Origin: Jimgerdemannia flammicorona
Lineage: Eukaryota
Assembly (NCBI GenBank): GCA_003990765.1
Contig: RBNJ01000011.1
Span: 1 to 64,000, forward strand
DNA length: 64,000 nt
Reading direction: 5' to 3'
Position 1 is the stretch's first letter. Every line of letters begins with the position of its first letter. Of this stretch, positions 1-13,949 are shown in pieces. The notes under the pieces were generated by a model. It was not told the origin of the DNA. It did no database searches and was given only the letters and a program-made list of their open reading frames with translations. The position numbers and the translations under genes are program-made.

Positions 1-164
1 GCAAAGAGATAGCAAAGGAACTAGTAAGCCTGCGGGCAGATACACTTCGAACTCACCCACCCTCCCCTGCAACTTCAAGAAGACTCTGCGAGAGTCAGAA
101 CAGTCAAGTTTTCAAGATACAGAAATCCGACGTACTTTCAAGAGTAAGCGTCCGCTACGTTACA
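1..164 (+). repeat. 3' part of a Gypsy family A LTR, truncated by the window start (3' or solo LTR)
   Basis: Matches the end of LTR 39694-40160 and ends ...GTTACA. It is followed by ATGG rather than the PBS, so it is not a 5' LTR. Confidence 0.9.
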
Positions 165-1231
165 ATGGATTGCTCAAATTTGAAATATGTATAAAATTTA
201 AAGTTAACTCATATACTGTAGATAAATTCATAGACAATAGTAGTATAATATTAAAGTTACTAAAATCTTGATAAACTGGAAAATCAAGAATAGACTTATT
301 ATTCTGATATCATATAAGTATATTATATATCTTATAGATATATTGAGTCAATCTTGAGATAGATTTATACTTTAGATTACAATATGAGCAAAAAAGCTTC
401 ATATTAGTATTAAGTTTAAAGTAGAGAAGAATTTAAAAAATAATATAAATTTTAATAGTAAGTTTGTAATTATGAAATATACTGACCTAAAATAGAATTT
501 TTTATCTGATTAACTTAGTACTTTTGCCCTTAATATGCTTACTTGGTATATTTGCTTAATATATAATTATTTAACATACTTATTTAGTATACTTATTTAC
601 TTAATATATATTTGTTTAATATACTTATATTTTATCATATTAACTAAACTCATTATATTATCATATTAACTAAACAAAAATAAGTAAGCTTTATATTTAC
701 TTATTAGACTTTCTAATAACATCTGTATATATATATCTATTATAAATATTATAGATATAAAAGAGATCTTTATTTGAAAAATTATATCTTTTCTTACCCT
801 CCCCCTATTACAATCTCTTTATATCTAAAGATAACAGATTATATTCTAGGATAAACAAAATATATCCCAGTATAAATAATAAGTACTAAGCTATAAACAA
901 TATATATTAAGCTGTGAATAAATTATATTAGTTGCAACAGATAATAAATAGGCTGCAGACTATAAAGATATACAAAACCAAAGAGCAGACTATAGATAGA
1001 TTATACTAAACCATAAAGGTGTATAAAACCAAATAGACTACATTATATCTAGATAAGGTCAATATTAGTAAGTTTATGGTTTTCAACTTCAATAAGAGGA
1101 TAGCTAAATGACAAAAGACTATATAAGATCAAGGTGAAGATAGAGTTGGTGAACAAGATAGAGGTAGTGAATAAGGTAGAAATAATGAATAATTCAAACT
1201 TATAATTTAGGACAACAAGATATTTCCATAT

Positions 1232-1325
1232 AGTGAGGTACTTTTAGATGATGAGATACTTCTAGATAATAAGGTACTTTTAGACAACAAGATGCTTCTG
1301 GATAATGAGGTACTTCAGGATGATG
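1232..1325. repeat. Degenerate 18-bp tandem repeat (~5 units, GAGGTACTTCTAGATGAT-like)
   Basis: Units gaggtacttttagatgat / gagatacttctagataat / aaggtacttttagacaac / aagatgcttctggataat / gaggtacttcaggatgat are read directly. Confidence 0.6.
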
Positions 1326-2869
1326 ATGTAGAGGCTTATTTGATCAGATATATAGGACAGATGGTTAAACAAGATAGAAAAAGAAATAGATAAGTTGTTT
1401 TTAGAAATAAGTTCATAAAATATAGTTTGTATATTATAGCTTATTTATAAATATAAATTGAATTTTCTTATCATAATTTAGCAAATCTATAGGTATTAGC
1501 AACTTCTGTCAGAAATATAAGATTAATGAAGTGATCTGGAAGCTTACAGTAGATATACTTCTTCATCATCTTTTTCTTGAAGATCTTTTCCCAAAGTATA
1601 ATAATGATCTGAAAATATATATTATTATTAAAACTTTGAAGGACATGGGTTTAAAGGCCAAAGACAGAGATGGGTCAATTTATACTATAGTGAGTGTTTC
1701 ATTTATATTCTGTTTATATATTTATTTGGTAATTCACAAACTCAACCATTTTCATTTTTATTAAAAAAAAAATAGCTACATCATCAAATTATAGTCTACT
1801 ATTCTTATATTTGTGAAGTCTTTGACAAAAAGTTCAATTAAATCTTCTCTGATATAGATCAGTTGGAATTTATAGCTCCAAAAGATCTTGTTCATACTCA
1901 CTAATAAGTAGTATAATATTTGTAAGTTCAGAATAATTTTATTTATCTGAAAGATGATAAAGATAAGCTCAGCAAGTTATTCTATAGCAACTATATAAAA
2001 CAACTACTCTATTTTATATTTTTCAAATAGAAATCTCAGTTTTTGAATATATTTCAAAAAGACAAATATATTAACCATTATATAGTTGCTATTATTTATA
2101 TATTTGTAAGTATATTTTCAAGTTTATGAATTTATATTTACCAGTATATACTTATTCAACATACTTATCTCTTTATATAATTATAGTTAGATTATATTAT
2201 CTGGCCTGATATCTTACTAAGAACTTTCAATAAAAGAGAGTATAAGAAAATATATATGAAATAACTTTGAATGATCAATAAGATTCAAAACTATATCAAT
2301 CTACTTGAGATTAAAAAAAAGTTCATGACCTATATAAAGATATTAACTCAAATAAAGACAATAAGATGATCAATATCCTCAATATTTTTCTTTTGTTAAA
2401 TAAGAATATATAGTAAAAGAGAGAGAAAGAGAGACACTTTATTGAAGTTATATAGGTTGTATATTTTATATATTACTAATGAATAATATAAATCTGATAA
2501 AATGGCATAAGTCATATATTGATATATCAAGTTACTATCCCAACACTTCTGCTCAATAAGATATATAACTCAAAAAGAATACAAACTAGAATAAAAAGCA
2601 ATATAATATATATAAAAACTAAAACTATATATAATCCAGAATTACTATTATAAAATCCTATATTTAAAGAATTTTCATAGATTGAAAAGTATTCCAAAAT
2701 ATACTCAAAATATCTAAAATATCTACAAAAATCCACTCATAGATAAGAGATATAGTAAGAATACAAAATGTAGATATAAATAATATAAATGTAATAAGAA
2801 AGACTTTTGAGAGTCTGAATAATATTCTGTAATTAACTATTAGACTGGCATATTGTTTATAAGATCTAT

Positions 2870-5523
2870 TTCTTTAATATATAGCTCAAGCTTCAGCTTT
2901 GGAAGAACTTTTATAAGTAAATCAGCAATTATGTACTTTATAGAGATATATTTTAAGTATATAGTATCATTTTCTATATATTCCTATATAAAATAATATT
3001 ATATATTAATATATTTTATTCTACCATAATATACTGAGTTCTTGACAAGTGTAATTATAGACTGATTATTCTGATATAGTATAGTACTCTATTTTTGAGT
3101 AAATCTAAGTTCTTTTAACAGTTTATAGAGTTAAACAGCTTCTTTTATTACTAATAATAATATCTGATACTCTGTCTATATTGATGATATTGCTATAGAT
3201 AATTGCTTATATATTTGCTATAAGATAATAGATCCTTAGTTACTAATATGAAAGAGATATCTAGTTATAGATTAGCAGTCATTCAAATTATCTATCCAAT
3301 TGATATTATATATACTCAATAGCTGAATACTATTTTTTTTATTATTTCTTCCACTATTACTATTACTCAATATAAGTATATAGTATAGTATACTCTTAAG
3401 ATATCTAATATTCTCTTAATAGTGCTTTAATGTGAATTATTATAATAGAAGGAATACTGCACTACCTTATTTATAATATATAATATATTGAGTCTTATTC
3501 CTAATATGAGATATATAAGAGAACTAACTACTTATCAATAGGGTATATCTTTAGTACTGTTTTTGGCTGACATATTATTGTTATCCTCAGAAATAGTGTC
3601 CAGCTTCCTTAACTTCATAGAAGTATTTATAAAAGTGCTGATAGACTTGTATTTATTTATATTAAAATATTTGAGAATTATTTGAGTATATATTACTTAT
3701 AAGAGATATATAACTTATGTATTTCTATTATATATGATGGATATCTCTAAAAGGAATAATATGTTGTCCATATCTATTATTCTAAATTCTCAGCATAGAG
3801 TTTCTTTAACTCTGTTAAGCCTATTCTTACTAGTAATAATAATTATATTATTAATCTAAATACTGATGAAAACTATACTACCATCATCATAGTATTAGAT
3901 ATATATATAATTATCTGCTTCATAGCAGGTAAATATATTATTAAGAAGATATTTATTAATTCTTTTATTCTATAATTATACTACTTGTTTGATACTATAT
4001 AGTCTCTTATGTAGTTTATATATAAACTCATTCTTATCATCATCATAGAGTTTATATTCTTATAGTTGATAGATATATAGTTTGATATCTATATTATTAT
4101 TCAGAAACACTATCTTAATATCCATTTGATAGATTTCCAGGTCATAAAGCATACTGATTTTAAGGAGTATTCTAAGTAATATAAGCTTAAATACTGATAA
4201 AAATATCTTATTGTAATCTATACCATAATTCTGTGAGTATCTCTTAGTAATAAAATAAGCTTTATATCACTCTATATTTCCATCAGTATTGTACTTTATT
4301 CTATAGACTTACTTGGATCTAATCATTTGGCAATTTGGCAGAAGAGATATAAGATCTCATATATTATTTTTGATGAGTAATTTATACTTCTCATCTATTG
4401 TGTATTCTTATTTTTTACTATCTAAGGATTATGTGACTTCATTATATATATTTGACTTATCAGTAGATATCATAATATATATATATATATATGCTTCAGC
4501 ATAGCTCACATAGTCTATATATTACTATTATTTAGAGTTTACTGATATATCCTAATAATTTCCTAAATCAGAATGAGTTTTTTTAGTGAATATTGAAATA
4601 TTTTTACTTATTCTTTATAAAGAATCTCTTATCACTGGAGAGTTCATCTTCATCTTTAATCTCTATTATTCTTGGCTTAGGCTTAGATATATATAGTAGT
4701 TAAAAATAATTTTAATTAATTACTAGAGAGGTTGGCAATGATTATTATACTTGTACTAGCTAAAATGTAAATATAGATACATATATTGACTGATACATCT
4801 ATGTAGAATTCTTGATTTTCTTTTTCTCTGAACTGTATGTTATATGAAATAATAATATATTACTTATATAGATCTCAGAGTCTATGCACCTTACTAGAAT
4901 ATCTAAGAAATATATACTTGCCAGCTTTTAGCTTAAATTTATATCAATTAACATTACTTTTATCAAGAATATATATCTTATATCTAAATATATATAGATG
5001 TAATACATTAGGCTTAGATCTGCTCTATAATTCTTTAGAGCTGAGATTATCATTCTTATACTTATTATTGTTGCTAACTTCTTTGCTTAATACTTGAGAT
5101 ATATATCAATTGTATATATATTACTATATTGATGACTTTAGCCCAATAGGAGTACTTCAGTCTAGCTATATTAATCATCATATAAGTCATTTTTATAACT
5201 ATATAATTAAATTGCTCAGCTATACCATTCTGCTAAGATATATAAAAAGCTATTATTTGATATTAGGTACTATATTTTTTCAGAAATTACCTGAATATAT
5301 CATTAATATATTTGCATCTATTATCTGATCATATAGCATGTATTCTATATTCTATTTCATTCTCAGTAATTACTTTGAATACTTTGAATTTCTTTAGTAC
5401 TTTACTCTTTATTAATAGGAAGTATATATATATCTTATATATATAATTATTAATAAATATAATGAAATACTTCTTTCTAAAGTATAATAGTATATATATT
5501 AGCTTACAAATATATATATATAT
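2870..5523 (-). pseudogene. Decayed Ty1/Copia pol: integrase core, RT and RNase H
   Basis: Minus-strand translation gives decayed Copia motifs: KYFIIFINNY..IYFL..KSKVLKKFK and AI*SDN (IN); E*YKAYFITKRYSQNYGIDY and LEIYQMDIKIVFL (RT, cf. YKARLVAKGYSQ and QMDVKTAFL); YQNNQSII.LVKN..YYGRIKYINI*YYF and IIADLLIKVL (RNase H, cf. RTKHIDIRYHF). Domain order is IN-RT-RH. Left boundary approximate. Confidence 0.8.
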
Positions 5524-5989
5524 TGTAATGTAGTAGATGCTTACTCTTGAAAGTACATCGGATTTCTGTATCTTGAAGACTTGACTGTTCTGACTCTCAC
5601 AGAGTCTCTTGAAGTTGCAGGGGAGAGTGGGTGAGTTTGAGGTGTATCTGCCCACAGGCTTACTAGTTCCTTTGCTATCTCTTTGCTTTGAACTATTTCG
5701 ATCTGAGGTTTATTCACTTGAAGATACTGGGTTATTTATACAAGTTTGCTAGCTATGAGATGGTTACTAGGTTACATGGCTAAGTTATGAGTCATTTAAC
5801 ACTTTGCGAAATGTTTAGCAAGTTGCGAAATGCTATACTATATCGGGAAGCTCGATCTTGTACTTTGCGAAATATTTAGCAAGTTGCGAAATCGAGGACT
5901 ATTAACTATGTGGCTATACTACTTTGGGACTAGTGCAATCAAGTGTCTATTCTCTATTTCCTTCTTCCAAATCTGGCTATACCATCACA
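5524..5989 (-). repeat. 3' LTR, family A copy 1
   Basis: Direct repeat of 11756-12221, preceded on the minus strand by the purine tract TAGGAGGAAGT (5990-6000). Confidence 0.95.
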
Positions 5990-6026
5990 ACTTCCTCCTA
6001 AATAGATGATCTCATCCATAAAGCAT

Positions 6027-6488
6027 CTATTCAAACTCCCAAGCTTCAATGGTCTGTATGGTCTTGTATTGTGCAATTTGTTGTATTACTGTTTCCCAAT
6101 GGTGTCGTCTGACTCAGTCGAAGTCTGAGGGGGTCACTCCTCGCAGGTGGACTAGTGCTGATTCATCCTCTCAGAACAGCTTGTGGATTCTCTTAGCGAT
6201 GGTGATTTGAGAATAGGAGAGCTGACATTCTGCGATCCAATTTTCTTTGGTCATTTCTGGGTCTTGGTTGAGTACTTGGCCAAGTTTGAAGTACTCTTGG
6301 AATTCGTTTCGATGCTGATAGGCCTTGAAGTGTGAGATCTGAGAGAGATGAGTCTGTACGATGCTTTGGATACTGTCATAAGACTCCTCTATGGTCGGAG
6401 GCTCGGTGGTGCACCATTGCCTCTCGATGGCTCTTTGGGTAGTACTAGTGATCTTGAGTGCCATCACAGTACTTTTGTTACTAGCCAT
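6027..6488 (-). pseudogene. Accessory ORF3 (153 aa, unknown function) between integrase and PPT
   Basis: MASNKST...AKRIHKLF*EDESALVHLRGVTPSDFD*VRRHH...WEFE*. Internal TGA stops sit at CGA-compatible positions, and start and terminal TAG are the same in all three copies. Confidence 0.75.
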
Positions 6489-7671
6489 GATATTTCTTGA
6501 GTTGGTTTCGATGAATAGTGGTGGAGATTATTGTGCCTGAGAGTTTTCGTAGCCAAAAGGTGGTTCCTTTTATATCTTGCATGAGGTAAGGTCCTTCCCA
6601 CTTGGGCTCTAGTTTTCGTGACCATGAAGCTTCAACCATATTCTGATACACCAGGACTTTGTCTCCTATATTGATAATCTCTAAGAGTTTGTGGGTCTTT
6701 TCCACATTCCTCCATTGTAGTGTCTGCACCTTCGTTATGTAATCCTCAGCCTTCTTCCGAATCTGATATAGTCTCCATATTTCTATATCTACATGTTTCC
6801 ATACAGCATCTCCATTGGATAACAAGGTTCCCTGAGAACATTCTTCTCCGAACAGTATTTCTCGAGGGGTAAAGTGAGTGCTTTGTGATCGGATATCCCA
6901 GAGAGCAGATAATGCTATTGGTAGATAGTGATCCCAGTTCTCATAGTTATCGCAGATCTTGGCAATAACATTCTTGAGGGTTTTGTTGGTCCTTTCTACT
7001 TGTCTGTTTCCTTGAGGGTGATATGCTGTAGTCCAAATATGCTGGATCTTGTACTTCTTGTAGAGAACTTCGAAGAACTGGTTCATGAATTCGGTTCCTC
7101 TATCTGTAGTTACTTGTGTTGGGGTCTTGAACTGGCAGATGATTTCCTTGTGGAAGAAATTGGCAATTGACTGTACATTGGCTTCCATAAGGGGTCCTGC
7201 TTCTATCCATTTTGTAAAAAGGTCTATGATGACAATGATATATCAGTTGCCAGTCAAAGTCAAGGGTAGAGGGCCAATTACATCCATTGCAATATGGGTG
7301 AATGATACTGGTTCTATGTGTGCTGATCCTGGGGCTTGATTTCGTTAGTCTTGTTTCTGTTTCTGGCATTTGTCACAGGTCTTGATGAATTGTCTGATAT
7401 CTTCCTCCATCCCTGGCCACTATATTGTTCTTCTTGCCTTGTCGAATGTATTTGTTCCTCCTAGATGGCCAAGTTCGTGTACTGATTTCATCACTTGCTC
7501 CTTCTTGTGTTCTGGTATGACTAGTAGTTTTCCTTTCTTTAGTGTTTCTCCATCGGTTTCGAATTGTTTCCATGTTCTGTTGATAATCATTTGTGTCCAT
7601 TCTTCCAGATGTTGGGGCATCTTTCACTGTCCCAAGTATGTGATAATTCCATAGTAGAGCTCCTTATTCAT
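6481..7671 (-). pseudogene. Integrase ORF (HHCC, DDE, GPY), separate from RT/RNase H
   Basis: HELGHLGG...CDKCQ, TDRGTEF, AYHPQGNRQVERTNKTL and KLEPKWEGPY. It starts at MNKE, overlapping the RNase H stop. Confidence 0.85.
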
Positions 7672-10600
7672 GGTGATTTTGTAGGGGTGGGGTCCTTCGG
7701 GGTGTCCATGAGAGGACATCTGTATTGGCATTGGTTCTTCCAGAGTGATGTACGATAGTTACATCATAAGCTTGCAACTTCATTATCTATCTGGCATAGA
7801 TTCCTTTGGGTTGTCCAGTTGTCAGTAGCCAGGTAAGAGCTGAGTGGTCCATTTAGATGGTGAAGTGTCTTCCAACCAAGTAGTAGTAGAACTTTTCTAC
7901 AGCCCAGATGACCATGAGGCATTCCAACTTGTAGGATTCATATTCTTTTTCAGCTCCTCGGGTTCCGCGGCTGAGGTATGCAATGACATACTCCACTTTA
8001 TCTTTCTTTTGAGCTAGGACTGCTCCTAGTCCTTGTGCACTTGCATCAGTCTGTAGGATGAACTCTTGAGTCCAGTCAGGCCTTCTGAGGATGGGTGCCT
8101 GGGTCAGTCTGACCTTGAGTTTGTCAAATGCTTTTTGTTCTCTGCCAGTCCACTGGAACTTGGTATCCTTCTTGTTAAGTTCGTAGATTGGTGCCGCAAT
8201 ATTAGAAAATCCTCTAATGAATCTGCGATAATAGGAGGCGAGTCCCATGAAGGCTTGGGCTTCCGTAACAGTGGTGGGTCTTGGGTATGCTGCCACTGCT
8301 TGTATCTTGAGGGGGTCCATGTGTGTTCCATCTCAGTTGATGATGTGGCTGAGATAGGAGATCTCGATTTCTGCGAACTTGCACTTCTTAGGTTTGATGT
8401 AAAGGCCATGTTGTCTTAGTCTCTCTATTATTTGCTGTATGTGCTGCAGATGTTCCTCAGGTGTCTTGCTATAGATAATTACATCATCGATGTAGACCAT
8501 CATCCATCTTCCCATGTCATAGTGGAAGATTTTGTTCATTATTCGCTGGAAACTTGCTGGTGCGTTGCACATTCCGAATGGCATTTGTAGGTAGACGTAG
8601 GTTCCGTCTGGAGTGATGAAAGCTGACTTTTCACTTGCCATATCTGTGAGTCCGATTTGGTGGAATCCTGAGTATAAGTCCAAGGTGCTGTAGTACTATG
8701 CTTCGTCTCTTAGTATTATGAGAATGTCATTGATGAGGGGCAGTAGTTGGCAATCCTTCTTGGTAACCATATTGAGTTTTCTGTAGTTGACACAGAGTCT
8801 TGGAGCGAATTCTCCAGGCTTGTTACCTTTTTTCGGGGCTAGTACAACAGGTGAGGACCAGGGGCTGCTTACTTCTTTAATGATGCCGGCTTCCTCCATC
8901 TGCTTGATTTCTTCTCTGAGCCATTCTTGGTAGGCTGGCAGGACAGGTCTTGCCTTTTGATAAATTGGTTCAGTGTCTCCAGTGTCTACCTCGTGATAGT
9001 AGTGTGGAGTCTTTCCCTTGATATCCTTGAAATCTGTGGCAAGGATGTCCTTGAATTCGTGGAGTATTTTCTTGAGTTCCTCTCTGAGTGGGAATTCGTC
9101 TCCAATGGTGTAACTGTGCTTGCTCGTGTTTTCCTCCTTCCTATACTCGAGTTTGGTGATCTTGGTGCTGGTGAATACTCCTCTTCCCATCGATTCAAAT
9201 CCTTTCTTTCCTCTTTTCATCTCCTCCAGATTCTTGACTTCTATAATCCTTGGCTGTAGGATCAGAAAGATCAACATTTGTGCCAATCAGTCCTTCTTGA
9301 CTGGGAATGGGATTGTAGGATTGTGGTTCCTAGCAATGAGTAGAATTTCTCCGGAGTAGTCTGAATTGATGACTCTTCCTTCAATTGTAATTTCGCTTCT
9401 AGCCAGGCTGCTTCTTGTCTTGAGAATCCCAACATGATCCTTTGGGATGGTCATCTCCAATCTAGTTGCAAGTAGGGTGGTTGTCTGGGGTTCCAGTATG
9501 GTCTCTTCTACTATAGCGATGTCCATTCTAGCTGTGTTTTCTGACTTATATTCTGGCAAGACTGCATCGGGGTGGATCTTTCAAATCTTGACCTTGATTT
9601 CTTCTTCATCATCGCTGTCCTCTAAGAGAGCTGGTGGTTCGTCATCTTCCTCCTTCTCTTCTTCCCTGATCTGTTTTTCAAGAGCTTTCTGTCTTCTTTC
9701 CTAGTAGATCTTCCTGATTCCGATGGTGCACTGGTAGCAGTCATTGACATGCTCCATGCAGTACATCTTGATCCTGTGAGGACAGACTCCTTGTGGTGCA
9801 TACCCTTCTACCATCTTCTTGCACTATTCTTCTTCACTCATCCATCCGACTTTCTTCTTTGGAGTAGTCGCCATATAAGCTTCCTCTTGCTCGCTCTCTT
9901 CTTCCTCCATGTCAGGCAGGACTCCTTTGTAGACATTAATGGGAATTCATATCTTCTGTCCCCGGTAGGTGATCTGCATCTTCTGGGCATTGAGATCAAT
10001 TACTGCCTTGGCTTTGTGAAGCCATTGATTGCTGATAAGAATATCATAGTTGGTGGCATTGGTTATGATTACATCTACTGGGATGGTTGCTCCTCCAATC
10101 TTGATGGGAACATCTCGGATCTTTCCCAGAGGTGTGGCTCTTATGCCATTGGCTGTGATGAATACTAGCTTAGTTGCTTCTTCCACATCCCAACCTAGGC
10201 AGTCTGCTGCCTTCTTGCTGAGGAGACATCCTCCTGCTCCTGTATCAATGATAGCTTCAAAGATTTTATCTTTGATTTGGCATGTTGCATATGCAGATGT
10301 TTTGCGATTGTCCTCACTTTCTTCTCCTGAGTCTTCTTGAGCATTATTGGCCTCGGTTATCTTCCATCCTTGTTCCTTAGTTGTTTTGGCAAGTCCAAAC
10401 CTCATTTGCTGTCTGAATGTTGGGATTTCTGCAAGCTGACCAAAGGTTGCATTGTCTTTTGTTGGCTGAGGTCCTTGAAGATATCATACTTGAAGGTCTT
10501 AGTCTTGCGAAGCTTCTTCTCTTTTTCTCCTTCACTGGCTGGAGTGGTTCCTCGGATGATATCTTGAACTGCTTACTCCAGCTCGATATCTTGGTCCATC

Positions 10601-11653
10601 TCTTCGGCCTGGCTTTCTGTGGCAGTTTCCATCTGCTTTTCCACTGGATTCTTCTTGGGTCTTCCTGGTAGTCTCTTGTAGGGTTCTTTGCGAGCATCCT
10701 TCTTGGTGGTCTGAGCTGGATAGGCCTCCCATTCTTCTTTGTCAGAATCTCTGATCTCCTTGAAGGTACATAATTGTATTGGCCTGCTCCTTGTTTCGTG
10801 TGGCATTGCTTGGTTGAGCCTTGCGCTTGGTTTCGCTCATGCATTCATAGGAGTAGTGGCCTTCTTCTCCACAAGTATAGCAGGTACCTTTCTTCTTGTC
10901 TGAGGTGGCAGTGAACTTCTGGACAGAGTGGCGGTCTCTTTCTCAAATTTCCTTTACCACATCTCCCAGGTGGGCAGTCATTTCAGCAAACCTTTTGGCG
11001 AGTTCCTCCATAGGGTCACTATTCTTTTGCTGCTCTGTAGCTTTTGGCTGAGGTGTATTCCAATTGATCATTGTGGTAGGGATCACGCTGGTTGCCTTGG
11101 GTGTCTCGATTCTGACTCCTGTGACCCTTTCCATTGTATGGTCTTGTGGATGTCTGGCTATCCAGTATCACTGAGCATAGGTGACCTTCTGTGGTAGATC
11201 CAGAATCACTGGTGATGAGTAGATGGCCATGGCTATTTCTGGATAGACTCCTTTCATAAAGGTTGCTTCAGCTACTTGATCTCGGATAGCAGCAGCATAA
11301 TCTGCAAGGATTATCTGATATCGAATTCTGGTATAGAATGTGTTTGGATCCTCACTCATTCCTTGGCATATTGTATTGAGCTGATCCTTCAGGGCTTGCT
11401 TGATCTCATCTGTGTAATATGTGTTTCAGAGCCAGGTCTTCTGTGCTGTCAGTATAGCATCAGCATCATTTCCTGCATGGGTTACAGCTGTGAATGCTGC
11501 TCTGGCAGGGCCTCGTAGACTAAAGGGCATGAGGGCTACTTGCTGTGCTGCTGTCAGGGTCCTTATAGTGGCATACTGCTCGAAATCATCAATGAAGGTA
11601 ATGATTGATTCATCTGAAGTATATCCGTGGAATACTGGTGATCTCATATCCAT
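7664..11653 (-). pseudogene. gag-protease-dUTPase-RT-RNase H polyprotein (disrupted), family A copy 1
   Basis: CYTCGEEGHYSYEC knuckle, IIDTGAG protease, dUTPase motifs, SPWSSP/LCVNYRKLN/MPFG/YIDD (RT) and LQTDAS (RNase H). Confidence 0.9.
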
Positions 11654-11755
11654 CTTGTCTGAGTATTGGGGCTCAGTTTGGGTAGTGGCAGTTGTTCATT
11701 GTTCAGCTTGAAAGTGAGGGATTCATCTTAAATCACCAGCCAATGGGCACCAAGT

Positions 11756-12221
11756 TGTAATATAGCAGACGCTTACTCTTGAAAGTACGTCGGATTTCTG
11801 TATCTTGAAGACTTGACTGTTCTGACTCTCACAGAGTCTCTTGAAGTTGCAGGGGAGGGTGGGTGAGTTCGAGGTGTATCTGCCCACAGGCTTACTAGTT
11901 CCTTTGCTATCTCTTTGCTTTGAACTATTTCGATCTGAGGTTTATTCACTCGAAGATATTGGGTTATTTATACAAGTTTGCTAGCTATGAGATGGTTACT
12001 GGGTTACGTAGCTAAGTTATGAGTCATTTAACACTTTGCGAAATGTTTAGCAAGTTGCAAAATGCTATACTATATTAGGAAGCTCAATCTTGCACTTTGC
12101 GAAATATTTAGCAAGTTGCGAAATCGAGGACTGTTAACTATGTGGCTATACTACTTTGGGACTGGTACGATCAAGTGTCTATTCCCTATTTCCTTCTTCC
12201 AAATCTGGCTATACTGTCACA
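11756..12221 (-). repeat. 5' LTR, family A copy 1, followed by PBS TGGTGCCCATTGG
   Basis: Repeat of 5524-5989. The PBS begins 3 nt inside the LTR end. Confidence 0.95.
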
Positions 12222-13930
12222 ATATAAGATTAAGAATTCCAGATATATATTTTAACCATTCTTCAAATAGTTACTGAAATGCTTTATTTATTATATAATT
12301 CTTATAGAAGAAATTATCTCTGGGATATATATTCAGTAGTAATCTGCTAATAGATTTACTCCTTATCATATATTTAAGACTTATATTGCTGATATATCCT
12401 AAATATTAATATCATATATTAGATATATTAGATATAATTGATATATATATAGAGGCTTTTATACTATTTAGTATTCTATTGATTATGTAAAAATTACTGT
12501 ATTTTGAAACTATTATTATCTCATTATCATGTAAATCATATATGGTTGTGCTTTATATATATATATCTTTATTGCTGTAGAATATCATTTTTTCTATCAA
12601 AAAGAGATTTTTACTAATTTCCGAGATATATAGTATATCTAGAAATATATCAGCAGATTCTGCAATATTGCTATAGAGATGTATTTTAATATTTCTCTTT
12701 TCTTGAGTATTGATGATATTGTTGTCTTCTAGTTTAATAGGTATAGAGTATTTGAAAGGCTCATATATAGAGAACTATTCTCTATATAGTATTATATATT
12801 ATATGGTTCCAGAATCTATTAACTAGAAATTGTTATCATCAGCTATATTTGTAAATTTACTACTGAATATATGGCTTATATCATTATCACTTTTTATTGA
12901 GTAAAAAGTATTTTACTATTAATCAGAATTTATAGATAATAAATTGCTGGATTTGGTAGATTTTATTATTGAACTATAATCTATATATATATATTACTTA
13001 TATAAAGAACATATCACTACTTTTATTAGTTTCAGCAGTATTAGTATTATTATATTTCTCTTTGCTATAATAACACTTTTTACTATCTCTATATTGCCAA
13101 TGTTGGCTACTATATTATTACTTATTTTTACTACTCTTCTTATCATTTTTCCAATGATAATAATTGTACTTCTTATATCTATACTTGCTATAGTATTCAC
13201 AGTAATCATTTTACTTAGTTGATTAGCTAGACTGGTTATTATTATATTATTGAGCTTGGGTTTGAGTTTATTAGTCTTATTATTTGTACTTTTGACCTCA
13301 TTTGGTACTACATCTGCATAACCTGTAGAATACATTTTTATTATCATCAGTAATACTATTTCTTTAGTACATTTCCTCATTCATGAGGCTCATTATTATA
13401 TGAGCATAATTTATGAGTTTGCTACTCTCTTGTATGATCACCACTATGATACATATAATACCTCTTAGAGATTCCTTATAAAAGCTAGGAATTTATCTTT
13501 ATCACTTATATATTATATTGATATACTTAGAGAATTCACTTGATTTACCAGATTATTGATATAACTGGCATATTTGTAGATAATCTCATTTGGCTTCATT
13601 TATAGATTAAATAGTTGAGATTTCAGATAGAATTAATTTGATATAGATATTTGTATATGATGATTGCATAAAGTCTTCCATATCTTATGAGTGATTACTA
13701 TATACATTATAAGCTTTATTTGAGAGTTGGATAATGTGAATATGATCTTGCATAATACTCAATAGTTATTTGTACTATCATAATCTTGAATCAGTACTTA
13801 TGGTTTTATATACTCTACTAAGCTGTATTTATTAAGAAGATTCATCATATAGAATATCCAGATCATGTAATCTTTCTTATTGAAAATTTGTTTGGTAAGC
13901 ATTATTATAGAGTCTTCTTGAATTCTTAGT
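12222..13930 (-). pseudogene. Decayed Ty1/Copia gag, protease and integrase N-terminus (continuation of 2870-5523)
   Basis: FNKKDYMIWIFYMMNLL (Copia gag N-terminal F.G.NY..W...M motif), *LIDSGTI*YI (W.IDSGAT.HM protease) and ILNLIY just before the insertion point. Right boundary approximate. Confidence 0.7.
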
Positions 13931-13949
13931 AAAGACTGCTATTATTGCC

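Larger units (their letters stand above)
5524..12221 (-). mobile_element. Ty3/Gypsy LTR retrotransposon family A, copy 1 (full length, inactivated), inserted in the Copia integrase
   Basis: Two 466-bp LTRs (TG...CA), a 4-bp TSD ATAT (5520-5523 and 12222-12225), PBS, PPT and gag/pol motifs. Confidence 0.95.

Noticed and set aside
1531-5328. Short Ile/Tyr/Leu-rich ORFs resembling membrane proteins
   Set aside because: These are by-products of AT-rich decayed sequence, mostly antisense to the Copia relic.
6027-6488. ORF3 as an envelope gene or chromodomain
   Set aside because: It is too short for Env, has no hydrophobic signal or TM segment, and lacks a chromodomain aromatic-cage pattern.
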